A DNA stretch of 63,824 nucleotides, counting the filler, from Nemertoderma westbladi (Eukaryota > Animalia > Xenacoelomorpha): assembly GCA_032718475.1 (NCBI GenBank). It is 3 parts of 3 records of this genome, joined end to end, with 100 filler letters (N's around TTAATTAATTAA, not from the genome) between each part and the next. Parts side by side here need not be neighbours in the genome. Positions count along the whole stretch, not along the records: positions 28,850 to 55,567 come from JAUCBJ010002672.1; positions 55,668 to 63,824 come from JAUCBJ010001907.1; 1 more part is not named here. One strand, written 5' to 3'. The notes beneath the pieces were generated by a model. That model was not told where the DNA came from and did not search any database. It saw nothing but the letters and a program-made list of their open reading frames with translations. Below, piece after piece: positions 49,916 to 60,629 of the stretch. Both the position numbers and the translations under genes were made by a program. Each line of letters opens with the position of its first letter. Position 1 is the first letter of the stretch.

Positions 49916-50643
49916 TAGATAGAGACGCGCTAACGGTATGTTTGATTTCTATAGTTGAGCGATTTGGTGTTTTCCAATAATCGCAGAGCAAAGGAACAGT
50001 GCTGGAGTGCATTGCGAATAAGTCAAGGGCAGTTCACGTGTAACATGGAACGTTATCTGTACAGGCGTAACACCTAGGTAGGAAACTTCCTATGTCCCCT
50101 TCCATTACCGACTTACTACAGTAATGTTAAAATATTATTTGACACAAAATAATAAAAATAATAAATTTACAGGCTCAGTGCGTTTCACATTTTGATTCTC
50201 ACTTTCCTTCGGTACGCCTAATTGCAAACAAACATTCATCTCACAATCGCAAAGACCCATCAACATCATGATCAGTATTTTATAGAAAATTAAATTTAAG
50301 GAAATTAACAGAAACATCGCGAGCTAAGCGAAGCGATGATTTGACTTTATTTTAAAGCTGAGCTGAGATGGTGTGTCTGATGGTGTAGGATTATAGGACT
50401 TAATAATTATTATTAAGTTCATTAGTCTTACATACAAAGTATATGTGCTGGTAATATAATATAGTTACTGCGTCGTGGGTCCAGCTAGAATAAATACAGT
50501 TTTATTTTTCAAACGCTTGTATCTAAAGATTAAAAACGAAAATTATTTTTTTGTGAAGGGGGGGGGGGGGGGGGGGGGGACACATTATTCCCAACACGGC
50601 GTGCGAATATGTACACCGATGTACACAGGGTGTAGCCACTTAC

Positions 50644-50850
50644 CGGGGTTCTCCAAGTGGATGTATCGTCGCTGGAACTACTGAGACTGTCGTTACCGAA
50701 CTCGTGTTTCTTTAAGGAAACCCCGTTACTCGGTTCACCCTCCTCGTCGCTCTCGATCTGCTCTCGTCTCAACGACGCCAACATTCGTTGTTCTATCGAC
50801 GAGGCCGAAGACGTGTCCTCGTCCGAAACGTAATTCCTCCAATCGTAGTC
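50644..50850 (-). CDS. internal coding exon (phase 0-0) of an unidentified host gene
   Basis: Acceptor TATTTACTTTAG, donor GTAAGT, 207 bp, GC-elevated; encodes DYDWRNYVSDEDTSSASSIEQRMLASLRREQIESDEEGEP...TWRTP. Confidence 0.7.
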
Positions 50851-50974
50851 CTAAAGTAAATACACAAACGTAACAAAATATAGTTCAGTATTTTTCAAAT
50901 ATAAAAACGGTGTTTGAAAAATAGGCCGAGTGTAAAGTGTAAACAGTATAATATTGAAGTGGATCTTTACTAAC

Positions 50975-51620
50975 AATATAAGCACGTTCGTGGGGACTTC
51001 GCGCAGCACGTAGTCGGCAAGCCTTGGCATACGGTTCATATAGAGCAAATGGGGCATGTCTAGTTTGGACCCCATATCCCATGCTATAAATGTATTCATT
51101 CGATATACAATCATATGTTAATCCGCTAGGTGGTGTCAAATTGTTATTCTGCAATTTCGTACTTACCAGTGCAGCACTGTACAGCAGTACCGTACCGGTA
51201 GGCCTATGTCATTACTTCTGAGTCTCTAGCGGATCCCCAATTAAATGTCTTAACTTTTCAATTTCGTAAAAGATAGACTTCATGATTCTCTACAGGCCAC
51301 CAAAATTTCAGCTCAGGAAAATGAGGCCTTCTCGAGAAATTTAACATTTTCTAAAAACCACATAATCTGTCGTAGCTGACGTCAGACTGCATGATTTTTC
51401 ACCAAACTTTACAAACTTTCTAAACTTTCTCTCTACTACTTACCTACTAAGTTTGGTTCAATTCCGAACGAGCGATGCCGAGAAATTCGCGTTCAAACAT
51501 TTACCAGACAGACGGACGGACAGACAGACAGACGGACAGACAGACAGACAGACGGACATGCCCCATTTGCCCTATATGAACCGTATGCAAAGGCTCGCCG
51601 ACTACGTGTCTCGCCCCACA
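50975..51620. mobile_element. HINE/DINE-1-like non-autonomous element
   Basis: 54-bp sub-terminal inverted repeats (51007-51060 / 51555-51608) with a (GACA/GACG)n tract next to the right one; a related end fragment lies at ~57950-58008. Confidence 0.65.
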
Positions 51621-52094
51621 TATAACATAATGAAGTTAGAGATAATAGTTACAAAATTAATATTACTAAAAAATTAGTAAAGCATTTACCTTCAAAATTT
51701 ACCAAATATTTCGATCGATTTTGTGAAATTTTCGATCAATTATCGATAATTTTCGATTATTAACAATGTAAAATATAAAACTTTTTTGTTAAAAATGTTT
51801 GATATTCTAGATACTGTAGTCAAAAATTAATCGAAAATCCTCGCAAATTAAAAACATTTTCGATCAATTTTGACAACCCTAAGCAAATGAACAGCGGGTT
51901 TGGTTGACTCTTTGTAAAGTAACTAACAAGGGGGGTAGAAATATAGGCGAGCGCTGCTAGAAGTTGCTGGTTATGGTTCCACGGTGCTGAGTTTGTTTTA
52001 TTAATGATTCGGCCACCATTCCCAATCATACAACACTCGTCCTACAGACTCATAGTCAGAGACAAGCTTTATTATTCCTTGTTATTTAACTCAC

Positions 52095-52284
52095 TGTAGA
52101 CAGACGTCCGTCTGGCAATTCCTTTAGCTTAGCAACCGATATACTTGTGCGTGTGGTTGGCTGGAATCTCGGACTGTCTCCAAGAAGACTGCACCCTGGC
52201 AACCGTAGGAAATCGCGTTCCAGTTCATTAGAGGAGCAATCCGTGTCGCAAGAGTTGTCACCTCCGAACACCAGTTCCGACGCC
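52095..52284 (-). CDS. internal coding exon (phase 2-0) upstream of the 50644-50850 exon
   Basis: Acceptor TTCTTGATCTTTCAG, donor GTGAGT; open frame ASELVFGGDNSCDTDCSSNELERDFLRLPG...GRLST ends on a codon boundary. Confidence 0.7.
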
Positions 52285-52789
52285 CTGAAAGATCAAGAAT
52301 TATTATACAATAGGCCTACATAAGTGGCGTGATAATGGGGGGAAAAATTATTATAGGTAATTTGGGTGAATGAGTGGTTTCATGTTATTATAATTTTCGT
52401 CATAGTGAAGTCGGTGGCCGACAATCGACAGCAGATAACTGACAGACGACAATTTACGACTTTTCCCATGAACGGCCTATGTGGAATAGCGAGTAGGCCT
52501 ACTGCAAATGGTTGGATTTCTACCCTCTATTACTATATTTCACTTTCAGTTATCCCCAGACCAATTACCACCTCTCTACCAGACGGGATATTGACCGTGA
52601 TTATACCTGGGCAAGGTCACAAAATAATATTTGTGGCATAGGCAAAGTTTATTTCCTTATTGATTATTTTTTTTCTTACAATGTTTTAAATTTTATATAT
52701 TTTTTATTACCTCTCTTTTATCCATATTCTACTTACATAAGTTGATGGTAAATTCGTCAGAAATATCTTGGAAAAATAGAAGGAATGAC

Positions 52790-53457
52790 TATGGCATACT
52801 ATTTAGTATTAATATTTAATGTTTTTTTTTCTCTATGTATTTATTTTCTCAGTGATTTTTTCTCAATGTTTTATTTTCTCTATGTTTTTTTTCTCAATAT
52901 TTGATTGGCCATGCTTATTTTTTCTCAATATCTGAATGGTCAAATCTAAAATATTTTTGTTCTCAATGTTTTTTTTCAAAATATAATTATTTTCCCATTG
53001 TTTTTTTCTCAATATATATATTTTTTTAATGTTATTTTTCTCTATGTATTTAATTTATCAATTTATTTTCTCAATATCTGATTGGCCGAGCCTTGCCTTT
53101 TTTGCTCAATACCTGATTGCTTACACTACGGCACTATGTGCTTGCGATTTACCCTATGCCATAGGCTACCAGTAGTACTTCACTTCACAGGCGGCGGAGG
53201 AACCTATAAGATAACAGCTGGAGGTGCGACCAATCAGATATTGAGAAAAAGAGGCAGGGCTCGGCCTATCAGATATTGAGAAATAAACATTGAGAAAATA
53301 AATACATTGAGAAAAAACATTGAGAAAATATAAATACAATGAGAAAAAACATTACATTGAGAAAAAATTATTTTAGATTTGACCAATCAGAGAAAATTGA
53401 GAAAAAAAGGTGAAAAAATAAATGCATTGAGAAAAAAAACATTAAATGTATGCCATA
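52790..53457. mobile_element. foldback MITE with TATGGCATAC termini (IS3EU-like or TA-TSD type)
   Basis: TATGGCATAC...GTATGCCATA; arms built of TTTTCTCAAT / ATTGAGAAAA repeats; inner inverted repeat CTCAATATCTGAT.GGCCGAGCC. Flanks AATGAC/CATGTC only partly match. Confidence 0.75.
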
Positions 53458-54254
53458 CATGTCGTCGGGTCCCAGTTACTTATAATAAGCAATAAGGTTC
53501 AATAATTTATTGAAATGTAACGTTACTACGACTTAAAGAATAATGGTTATCCATATCCAATATCCATATCCAATAATGGTTATCCACAGCAGTGTAAGCA
53601 GACACCCTTCTTTTTACACTTCCAATAATTATTGGAAGGCAAATTACTTGAAATGATTTGCTACATAACGCAGCAGACAGTTAAGCTATTGAATAGATGT
53701 GTTTGTTTGTAACTTGTTCATGTTACTATGGTTACTAAAAAAACGACAACCCGTCATAATGACAATAGTTTCTAATTGCACAGGCATAATGGGATTCCTG
53801 ATCCATGTACGGACTTAATTTTTTTTATAGCACGGCTTATGCCCCCGGCTGGCTATAATTGCATAAAAATTATATAATAAAATATTTAAAAAGTTTCAAC
53901 ATTACCGTATAGGGGGGACGAAAAAAATGTGACACAGTATATTATTCAATAGAATGCATATTTCGGGTATACTGTTGCCGGTAATCTCTGTTGTCTGCTG
54001 TCTGTTTTCTGCAGTCGGCGCCTGCTGCCGGGCCAGTTGTTGATTGTCTAACTGTCGGCATAAGAAAATAGTTTTCACCGTGCTTTCTCCAGATAAGCAT
54101 TTATCCAATACGGTGTGTAAATGTTGTCAACCTTTTTACTATCTAACTTTATGACCATTACTATAGTAACTACAAACGTAGGCTAAATAACTTTTTCAAT
54201 TTTTCATATGAATCAAACAAAATACTTTACGTCTTACCATAGTGAATAGATAGC

Positions 54255-54288
<34 letters not shown>

Positions 54289-54670
54289 CAACTCATGATA
54301 GGAATCTAGTACTGCACTTAACCTTTCAGAGATATGGATCGCATGATCTTTAGGAGGTAAAATTGAAGCACTGTCATTAAACTACTATCTCACAACAACT
54401 AACTAACTATACTATACTCAACCCAGGCGCCAACTAACAAAGAATAAATAATACTGTATGTTCACAGTAAATTATAAAAAAGGCCATTTTTCAAGTGCTC
54501 AGGCTCACCCTCCTAGAAAATTCCAAGTGACTTTCCTCCAAGTTTGAGTCAGACCACGTAGAATGTAAATGTAGAGTTTCGCACGCAGTGCCCAAGAGAT
54601 GATTGGCATTAATAACTATAATTCTCGTGGTCTCCAGTCGGGACATTTCTTAAATTGTTCCTATTTACAG

Positions 54671-55120
54671 CCAAGTAGTACCGGTAGTACAGTACAAAGT
54701 ACTAGAGTAGAGTAGTACAGTACCAAGTAGTACCGGTAGTACAGTACAAAGTACTAGAGTAGAGTAGTACAGTACCAAGTAGTACCGGTAGTACAGTACA
54801 AAGTACTACAGTAGTACAGTACCAAGTAGTACCGGTAGTACAGTACAAAGTACTACAGTAGTACAGTGCCAAGTAGTACCGGTAGTACAGTACAAAGTAC
54901 TACAGTAGTACAGTACCAAGTAGTACCGGTAGTACAGTACAAAGTACTACAGTAGTACAGTGCCAAGTAGTACCGGTAGTACAGTACAAAGTACTACAGT
55001 AGTACAGTGCCAAGTAGTACCGGTAGTACAGTACAAAGTACTACAGTAGTACAGTACCAAGTAGTACCGGTAGTACAGTACAAAGTACTACAGTAGTACA
55101 GTGCCAAGTAGTACCGGTAC
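54671..55120. repeat. 47-bp minisatellite (~9 units; first two are 52 bp)
   Basis: Unit CCAAGTAGTACCGGTAGTACAGTACAAAGTACTACAGTAGTACAGTA; period 47 between 54775 and 54822. Confidence 0.95.
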
Positions 55121-55567
55121 CTTGTAAAATAATATTTCCCCTATTACAAATAGTATTCAAAATAAATAAATTTGAGTTATTTTGACAAACTGTATTTTAT
55201 TACAATTATGTTTTACCGATGTGTTTGACCTATTAATTAATGTCATCGATCTATTCGTCTCCAAGTTCATTACACACATTGTTTCTGGGTTACAACTACA
55301 GAACTGAACGACAAATTCTAGTTGATATTATTAATAATAATCACAAGCAACCAAGTTCATTATTACTCATATATTTTAATAATAGCGCACATCGAAGTCT
55401 AATAATTGTCTGAAGTGTGTTCGAGAGCAATGGATATTGAGCTCAACATGTTAAGATCTTACATTAACTGATCTTACAAGATCTTACATTATTCGTAATT
55501 ACCTCGAGAATTAATTAATTAATTAACGCGTAACTTTCCTATTCCATGGCCGATACACACATATAAA

Positions 55568-55667
55568 NNNNNNNNNNNNNNNNNNNNNNNNNNNNNNNNN
55601 NNNNNNNNNNNTTAATTAATTAANNNNNNNNNNNNNNNNNNNNNNNNNNNNNNNNNNNNNNNNNNNN
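55568..55667. other. assembly gap with artificial TTAATTAATTAA linker
   Basis: 100-bp N block with the linker at 55612-55623. Confidence 0.97.
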
Positions 55668-56295
55668 TCACCCACCAACTTAATTCCCCGGGCATCGACT
55701 AAGTATGGCCCTACGTACACTACGCCGGGCTCCATACCCCTACATTCCCATAGTTCAAACAGTTCCGTGGCGACCCCTCTTGCTCTCTCGTTGGCCAGTT
55801 CCCCTGCCCAAAGCGCACTAAATAATCAAAATATTTATTCGACTCACCTAGCCGCTTCTCTAGCTTTACCTCGTCTATCTTGGCCCCTCCTTTGGCTTCC
55901 CTCAGCTGCTTTCGGGTCGCGTTGTAGGCTCGTCGGAGCCGGTCGCTGACCCCGACGTCCTCGTTGCCGACATCCCCTCCATCTCTCCATGTTCGGCGTT
56001 GTACCGGCGGCCCCACCATCGCCGTTCCGGTGGGCCGTCCGTTGCCCTCGGCCTGTGGCTGGCCGGCGTCATCGGTACGTCGACCGCCGTCATGCGTCGA
56101 CTCGTCTCTCCTCTCTCTTGACTCGTCCTCTCGTCCTCGTTGTGGTAGACGGCCGCCCTCCGCCTGGGCCGCCGGATTGCTTATCGTCGACGAACCCGGC
56201 ACCGTGAGTTGATACCGTCTCGTCGCGGCCTCGCGGATCGTTAGGTTATCGTTGTCCGGGGTCTGCGGCGGTGTCATCTCTCCCTCTTGGCTCAT
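55668..56295 (-). CDS. first ORF (gag-position) of an LTR element, with putative 44-nt intron at 55804-55847; 3'-partial at the gap
   Basis: ATG at 56295, ~130 bp inside the LTR end; GC-rich, disordered/charged N-terminus. Removing GTGAGT...GGGCAG gives an open frame to the gap. Confidence 0.55.
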
Positions 56296-56423
56296 CTTTT
56301 ACTTTGCTTTATCTAGATTGGTCGCTGGCAGTCACAGTCTCAGGCAGCTTGGAATTTTGTTACTGTGACGGGATCCGAAAATCCCGGTTTATCCTGGTTG
56401 TTTGTTTACGCGTCCCCGCCGTA

Positions 56424-56911
56424 TGTAAAAGAGTTATTATAGTTCTTCCGATGTTATTGATATATATGTATATGATACAATAGAGTAAAGTAAGTTAGCA
56501 CAGTTGATGAGTAAACGGTAATATACCGGTAATATTGATGGATGATGGTGGCGACGACGGTAACAAAAGTCACCGTTCTGCCCTAACTGTACTGAGATAA
56601 CTGAATCAATGAATAACACCAACCGGTAATATACTGCTCTGGTTTGGCCATATTACTCAGCGGATGCCTGCCCCCCATTGGCTGATAACCTAATTCTCGC
56701 CCTCCCATCTCTCTGGGAGTGTTTCCCCTTGCTACTGTTACTCTCTCTCCTTGGGGTATAACCTCTGACCCCCCATTGTGTGTGTGTCCTTTGGGGTTTC
56801 TCGTCCCCGTTTATTGGGGTGATACGAGGTTGATTGGCAATCAACCTGGTACTCCCAATATTGCTTAAAGCTAACTTTATGGGGTGGTTAGCGGAATTGA
56901 ATTCGCTAACA
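56424..56911 (-). mobile_element. 5' LTR (488 bp) inserted into the RTE endonuclease ORF
   Basis: Minus strand TGTTAG...TTTTACA; CCAAT boxes; TATA-like GTATATTA ~30 bp before a TCAGTT initiator; followed by PBS-position TACGGCGGGGACG. RTE homology stops exactly at 56911. Confidence 0.65.
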
Positions 56912-57850
56912 TGCATTACAGTCTTGTATAGAGCTCCTGTATTTCCTACGAAACAGAATATGGTCTATCTGGGACTTGTGACCACTGGGTCCACTATGAG
57001 TCCATAGCTTTCCAGTTCGCTGCTTGAACTGGGTTCCAGCCGAAAACAATCCATTTCCAGAGATAAAATCCTGAAGATGGACAGAATTTCGGTTAACACT
57101 ATTGCTATAGACCCAGGGCGATGTAGGTGATTGATGCAGGCTTGCATTAAAGTCTCCCAGGAATGTTAAGAATGCATGCTGATCCACTCCATCAGTAGCT
57201 GCTTGCAGATTGTGGTAGAAATTTTCCACCTCCTCTACAGGGGCAACACTAGTTGGAGAGTAGCACACAATCAGAACCACCTTAGGAAACTTCTTAGCCA
57301 GTCTTCCAGAACATGAGAAGTTGCAACGGATGATGCGGTTAGAGATTTGGTCTAATTTGTCCAATGCTGCATGTGCAGTTGTATTCATCAATAGACCAAT
57401 TCCACCATTGCCACTATCATCTGCTGACGCGAGGGCGAGTCGCCAACCGCCCCCCATGTCCTTAATCAGAACCTCATCAGTCTGTCCAGTCTGCATTCGG
57501 TGCTCTTGAACACCCACTGCGCTAAGAGAAAGCTTATCTGCCAAGGCAGTCAGCTCACCTTGTCGCATTGGGGACCCGAGTGTTAGGGTGTTTACTGAGG
57601 CTAGTCTTGTGACTTGCCTCAGATTCACCAATGGCTTTGTTGGTCGGGGTGGAACATGAGAGTAGCCTCCAACTCCAGAATCCCTCTCCCCATCACAATC
57701 TGGCCTTCCTGGTGACCCAGGGTTTGGGGCCAGAAAGGTCATCAGGAAATGGACTCAAATAATTGTTGGCTGCACTCTCTCCAGTAGGGGGTGAGACAGG
57801 CAGCCTGTTAGGAGTTAACTGACGCCTTTGAGGCCGATTGTGTCCGGTAA
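56912..57850 (-). mobile_element. RTE-clade LINE 5' portion: UTR + AP endonuclease
   Basis: ASVNTLTL, VGVQEHR, GGIGLL, ISNRII, VCYSPT, LGDFNA, WTH..QIDHIL; ATG at 57742. The 5' boundary is approximate. Confidence 0.9.
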
Positions 57851-58054
57851 TTCTACTTGGTCAAAAACGAACGAACGCAACGAGGCCCAAGAAGAGGACG
57901 AGTATTGTGTTGAAGACTTCTAACTAACGGCAGACAACTCGTTAATGGTGCCCATATGCTAAAGGTTTGCTCACTTCGTGCTGCGCGAAGGCCCCACGAA
58001 CGTGTATTATTCTCCTAAATGTTGTGCGATGTCACATTTTGGTAGTGTACTGTA

Positions 58055-58370
58055 TAGATGCTACTCCTATTGAACGTGTAGATAAATTTATATATTTAGG
58101 CCACGTGCTACATTCTTCCACAGATGATGACTACGATATAAAACGACAAACTTGTAGTCTTTCTGCTAGAATTAATTATCTTATTAGGAAATTCAGTTCT
58201 TAGTAATAATTTTGTTAAGGCACTTCTATTCCGTGCATATTGTACAAATATAGATGGCAACGCACTATGGTCAAGGACAAATTACTCTGACAATGCCCAA
58301 GCCAAATTACGTACAGCTTATAATACAGCCAGTCGGCTGTTTTTCAACATCCCTAGGATGGTGCAGAGTG
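58055..58370 (+). mobile_element. LINE RT C-terminal fragment of a different family
   Basis: IERVDKFIYLGHVL...DDDYDIKRQ...N.LIRKF...VKALLFRAYC...LW...AYN. Confidence 0.75.
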
Positions 58371-58392
58371 CTAAGCATTGGATATCGAGTGC

Positions 58393-59801
58393 AAGAATGC
58401 TAAGCCGGCTTATCAACAAAATTGCACCGCCACAACTCCGTATCCTGCCTGACTTTCGCGAGATTATCTGCATCTTCAAGGCCAGTGTCGTTTAGGAGGC
58501 GTCTCACGAAAGTCATGGGCTATCCACCATGCTTATTTTCTCCATGACGCTGCTAAAACACAAGATTGTGCAAATCTCCTGCTAACCAGAGGCGGTTTTG
58601 ATCTAGTGTCAAGCTTAGGGGAACCAATGAGATACCTCCAATGTTATATAGTGTCTGGATGGAGATGTGTGCATTGTACTTGACACAGTGGACCCGGAGT
58701 AGCATTATTGTGAATGTGGATCCGGATCCATGATCCCAGGTAACAGAAGTCGTCCACATGCTCAAGCATACTTGCTTGCTAAGAGATTTGCTGAGGATTT
58801 TCAAAGTTAACTGTCAAAATTTTGGTCTTTTGGAGTTAACCCCTACCACTAGATGCAGCCTGTTCTAATGAACTGAGGAGCCGTTGGGCTCCCTCTAGTG
58901 ATTCTGAGAGTACTCCTTAATTCATCAGTAAAGTCTAGATCAGTTAGGTACTTGGCAGGATTTCCTCGACTTCTGGAGCCAGTAGGTGGAGATATCATCA
59001 CCCCATCATCATTATGATGATCTAAGGACATGCGTAGAACATAGTCAACTACAATTATGAACAAGAATGGTGCAAGTGTGTCTCCCTGGAGGACGCCCCA
59101 TAACACTTCAAATGGTTCTGTATCACCGTCAACAGTAGACACAAATGTTGTCGAACCATCGTATACTGATCTGATTGCTGCAATACGATGCGATTTAATA
59201 GAATTCTATTGTATAGCTTTGCAGCAATCGAGATCAATGAGATTCCCCGAAAAGAACCATAGAGTGTTAGGTTGCCTTTCTTGGGAACTGGCACCAACTT
59301 ATTTGTTTTCATTTCTTGTGGGACTCTTGTTGTTCGGTACATGTGTACTATGATGGGATAGATGAGCTTTAAACACTCAGGTATTTTAAAGACCTCAGGG
59401 GGAACACCATCTACTCCACTGGCACGATTGGTCTTAATGCTCTTTGCAGCAGCCTTCACTTCTGCAAAGGAGATATCGCCAATGGGAATATCTGGGAGTA
59501 CAGACTCAGACACTTTTACTTCTATAAAGTTATCAGGCAATACCCTGTCATTATTGTGGAGCTTTTCGAAGTGGGCCTTCCAACCATTGAGGCGATCGGC
59601 TGGTGATTCAGCCTTAACCTTGGTGGTTGGTTGGCTTTTTCGACCAACAAGCAAGTTGATCGATCTCCATGCCTGGGATGATTGCCTGCTGTCGTCAGCA
59701 TCATTGATGGCATCAACCTGTTGGTTTATTAGCTCCTGTAGATTAACAGAGTACTGCCTGTTCAGGGACCTAGATGCAGTTATGCTAGATGCTGTTACCA
59801 T
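58393..59801 (-). mobile_element. RTE-clade LINE copy 3 (linker + RT, multiple deletions)
   Basis: RASGVDGVPPEVFK, LVPVPKKGNL..FRGISL..AAKLYNRILLNRI, GVLQGDTLAP, LDFTDE; 3' end matches copy 1. Confidence 0.92.
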
Positions 59802-60629
59802 GACACCCCATTATCATTGTGATAATCTAAGGACATGCGTAGAACATAGTGAACCACAATTATGAATAAGATTGGTTTTAGAAAGAAAAAACCGATTTGA
59901 ACCGAAAAACCGAAATTTGGATACAAAACTTCTGAATAGAATTTGTCTTGTCGTCGTAATACCAATACCAATAATGTAAATGGAAACGATGAATGAAGGA
60001 CAATAAGAAAGTACTCCTGTGTCTAAAGATACACTCACTCGCTAATCGGCTCATTCACCCTGCTATCCCATGCAAGTAGGTTGGTTACATATGGTATTCA
60101 GTATTGATTCAATATCATTCAATATTTAGAGTGTTTATTTTGTTGTCACCATATGTTATATTATAATTCCTGTTTAATCCTTTTTACACAATCCATAATT
60201 TTCTTAAGAAAATATACGCAATACAATTTAGAGTGTTGAGTGTTGTGATTTATTGATTGTTATTGTTTGGATTAGGTTTTAAACGCATATAAAATTAGCC
60301 ATAATGACAGTTGTTTAATATAATATGCACTATTGATAATATTATGCATTATTTTACAAACAATTATTTCTAGCAAATATAAAATAATAAAATACATTGT
60401 TCTCACTGAACTATGTTTAATTATATGCTGACAGTTATAATATTGGCGGCCTTTGGTAAGTTTCTTTTGAATCCTCAATCGTAGTTTTTTACAATTTGTC
60501 CTCATATAAGCTGTATCTTTAGCATTGAGGCCGTGATACAATTTAGAAAAAAATTATTGATTTATCATAAATTTTATGTGAAATAAAAGAATAATCGACT
60601 ATATTTGAAGATGGATCATGCTGGTAAGA

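Noticed and set aside
57690-57860. Self-cleaving ribozyme (HDV-like or twister) in the RTE 5' region
   Set aside because: Hairpins exist (GGCTGC/GCAGCC, CTGGCC/GGCCAG), but I could not fit the HDV pseudoknot or the twister core; an Infernal search is needed.
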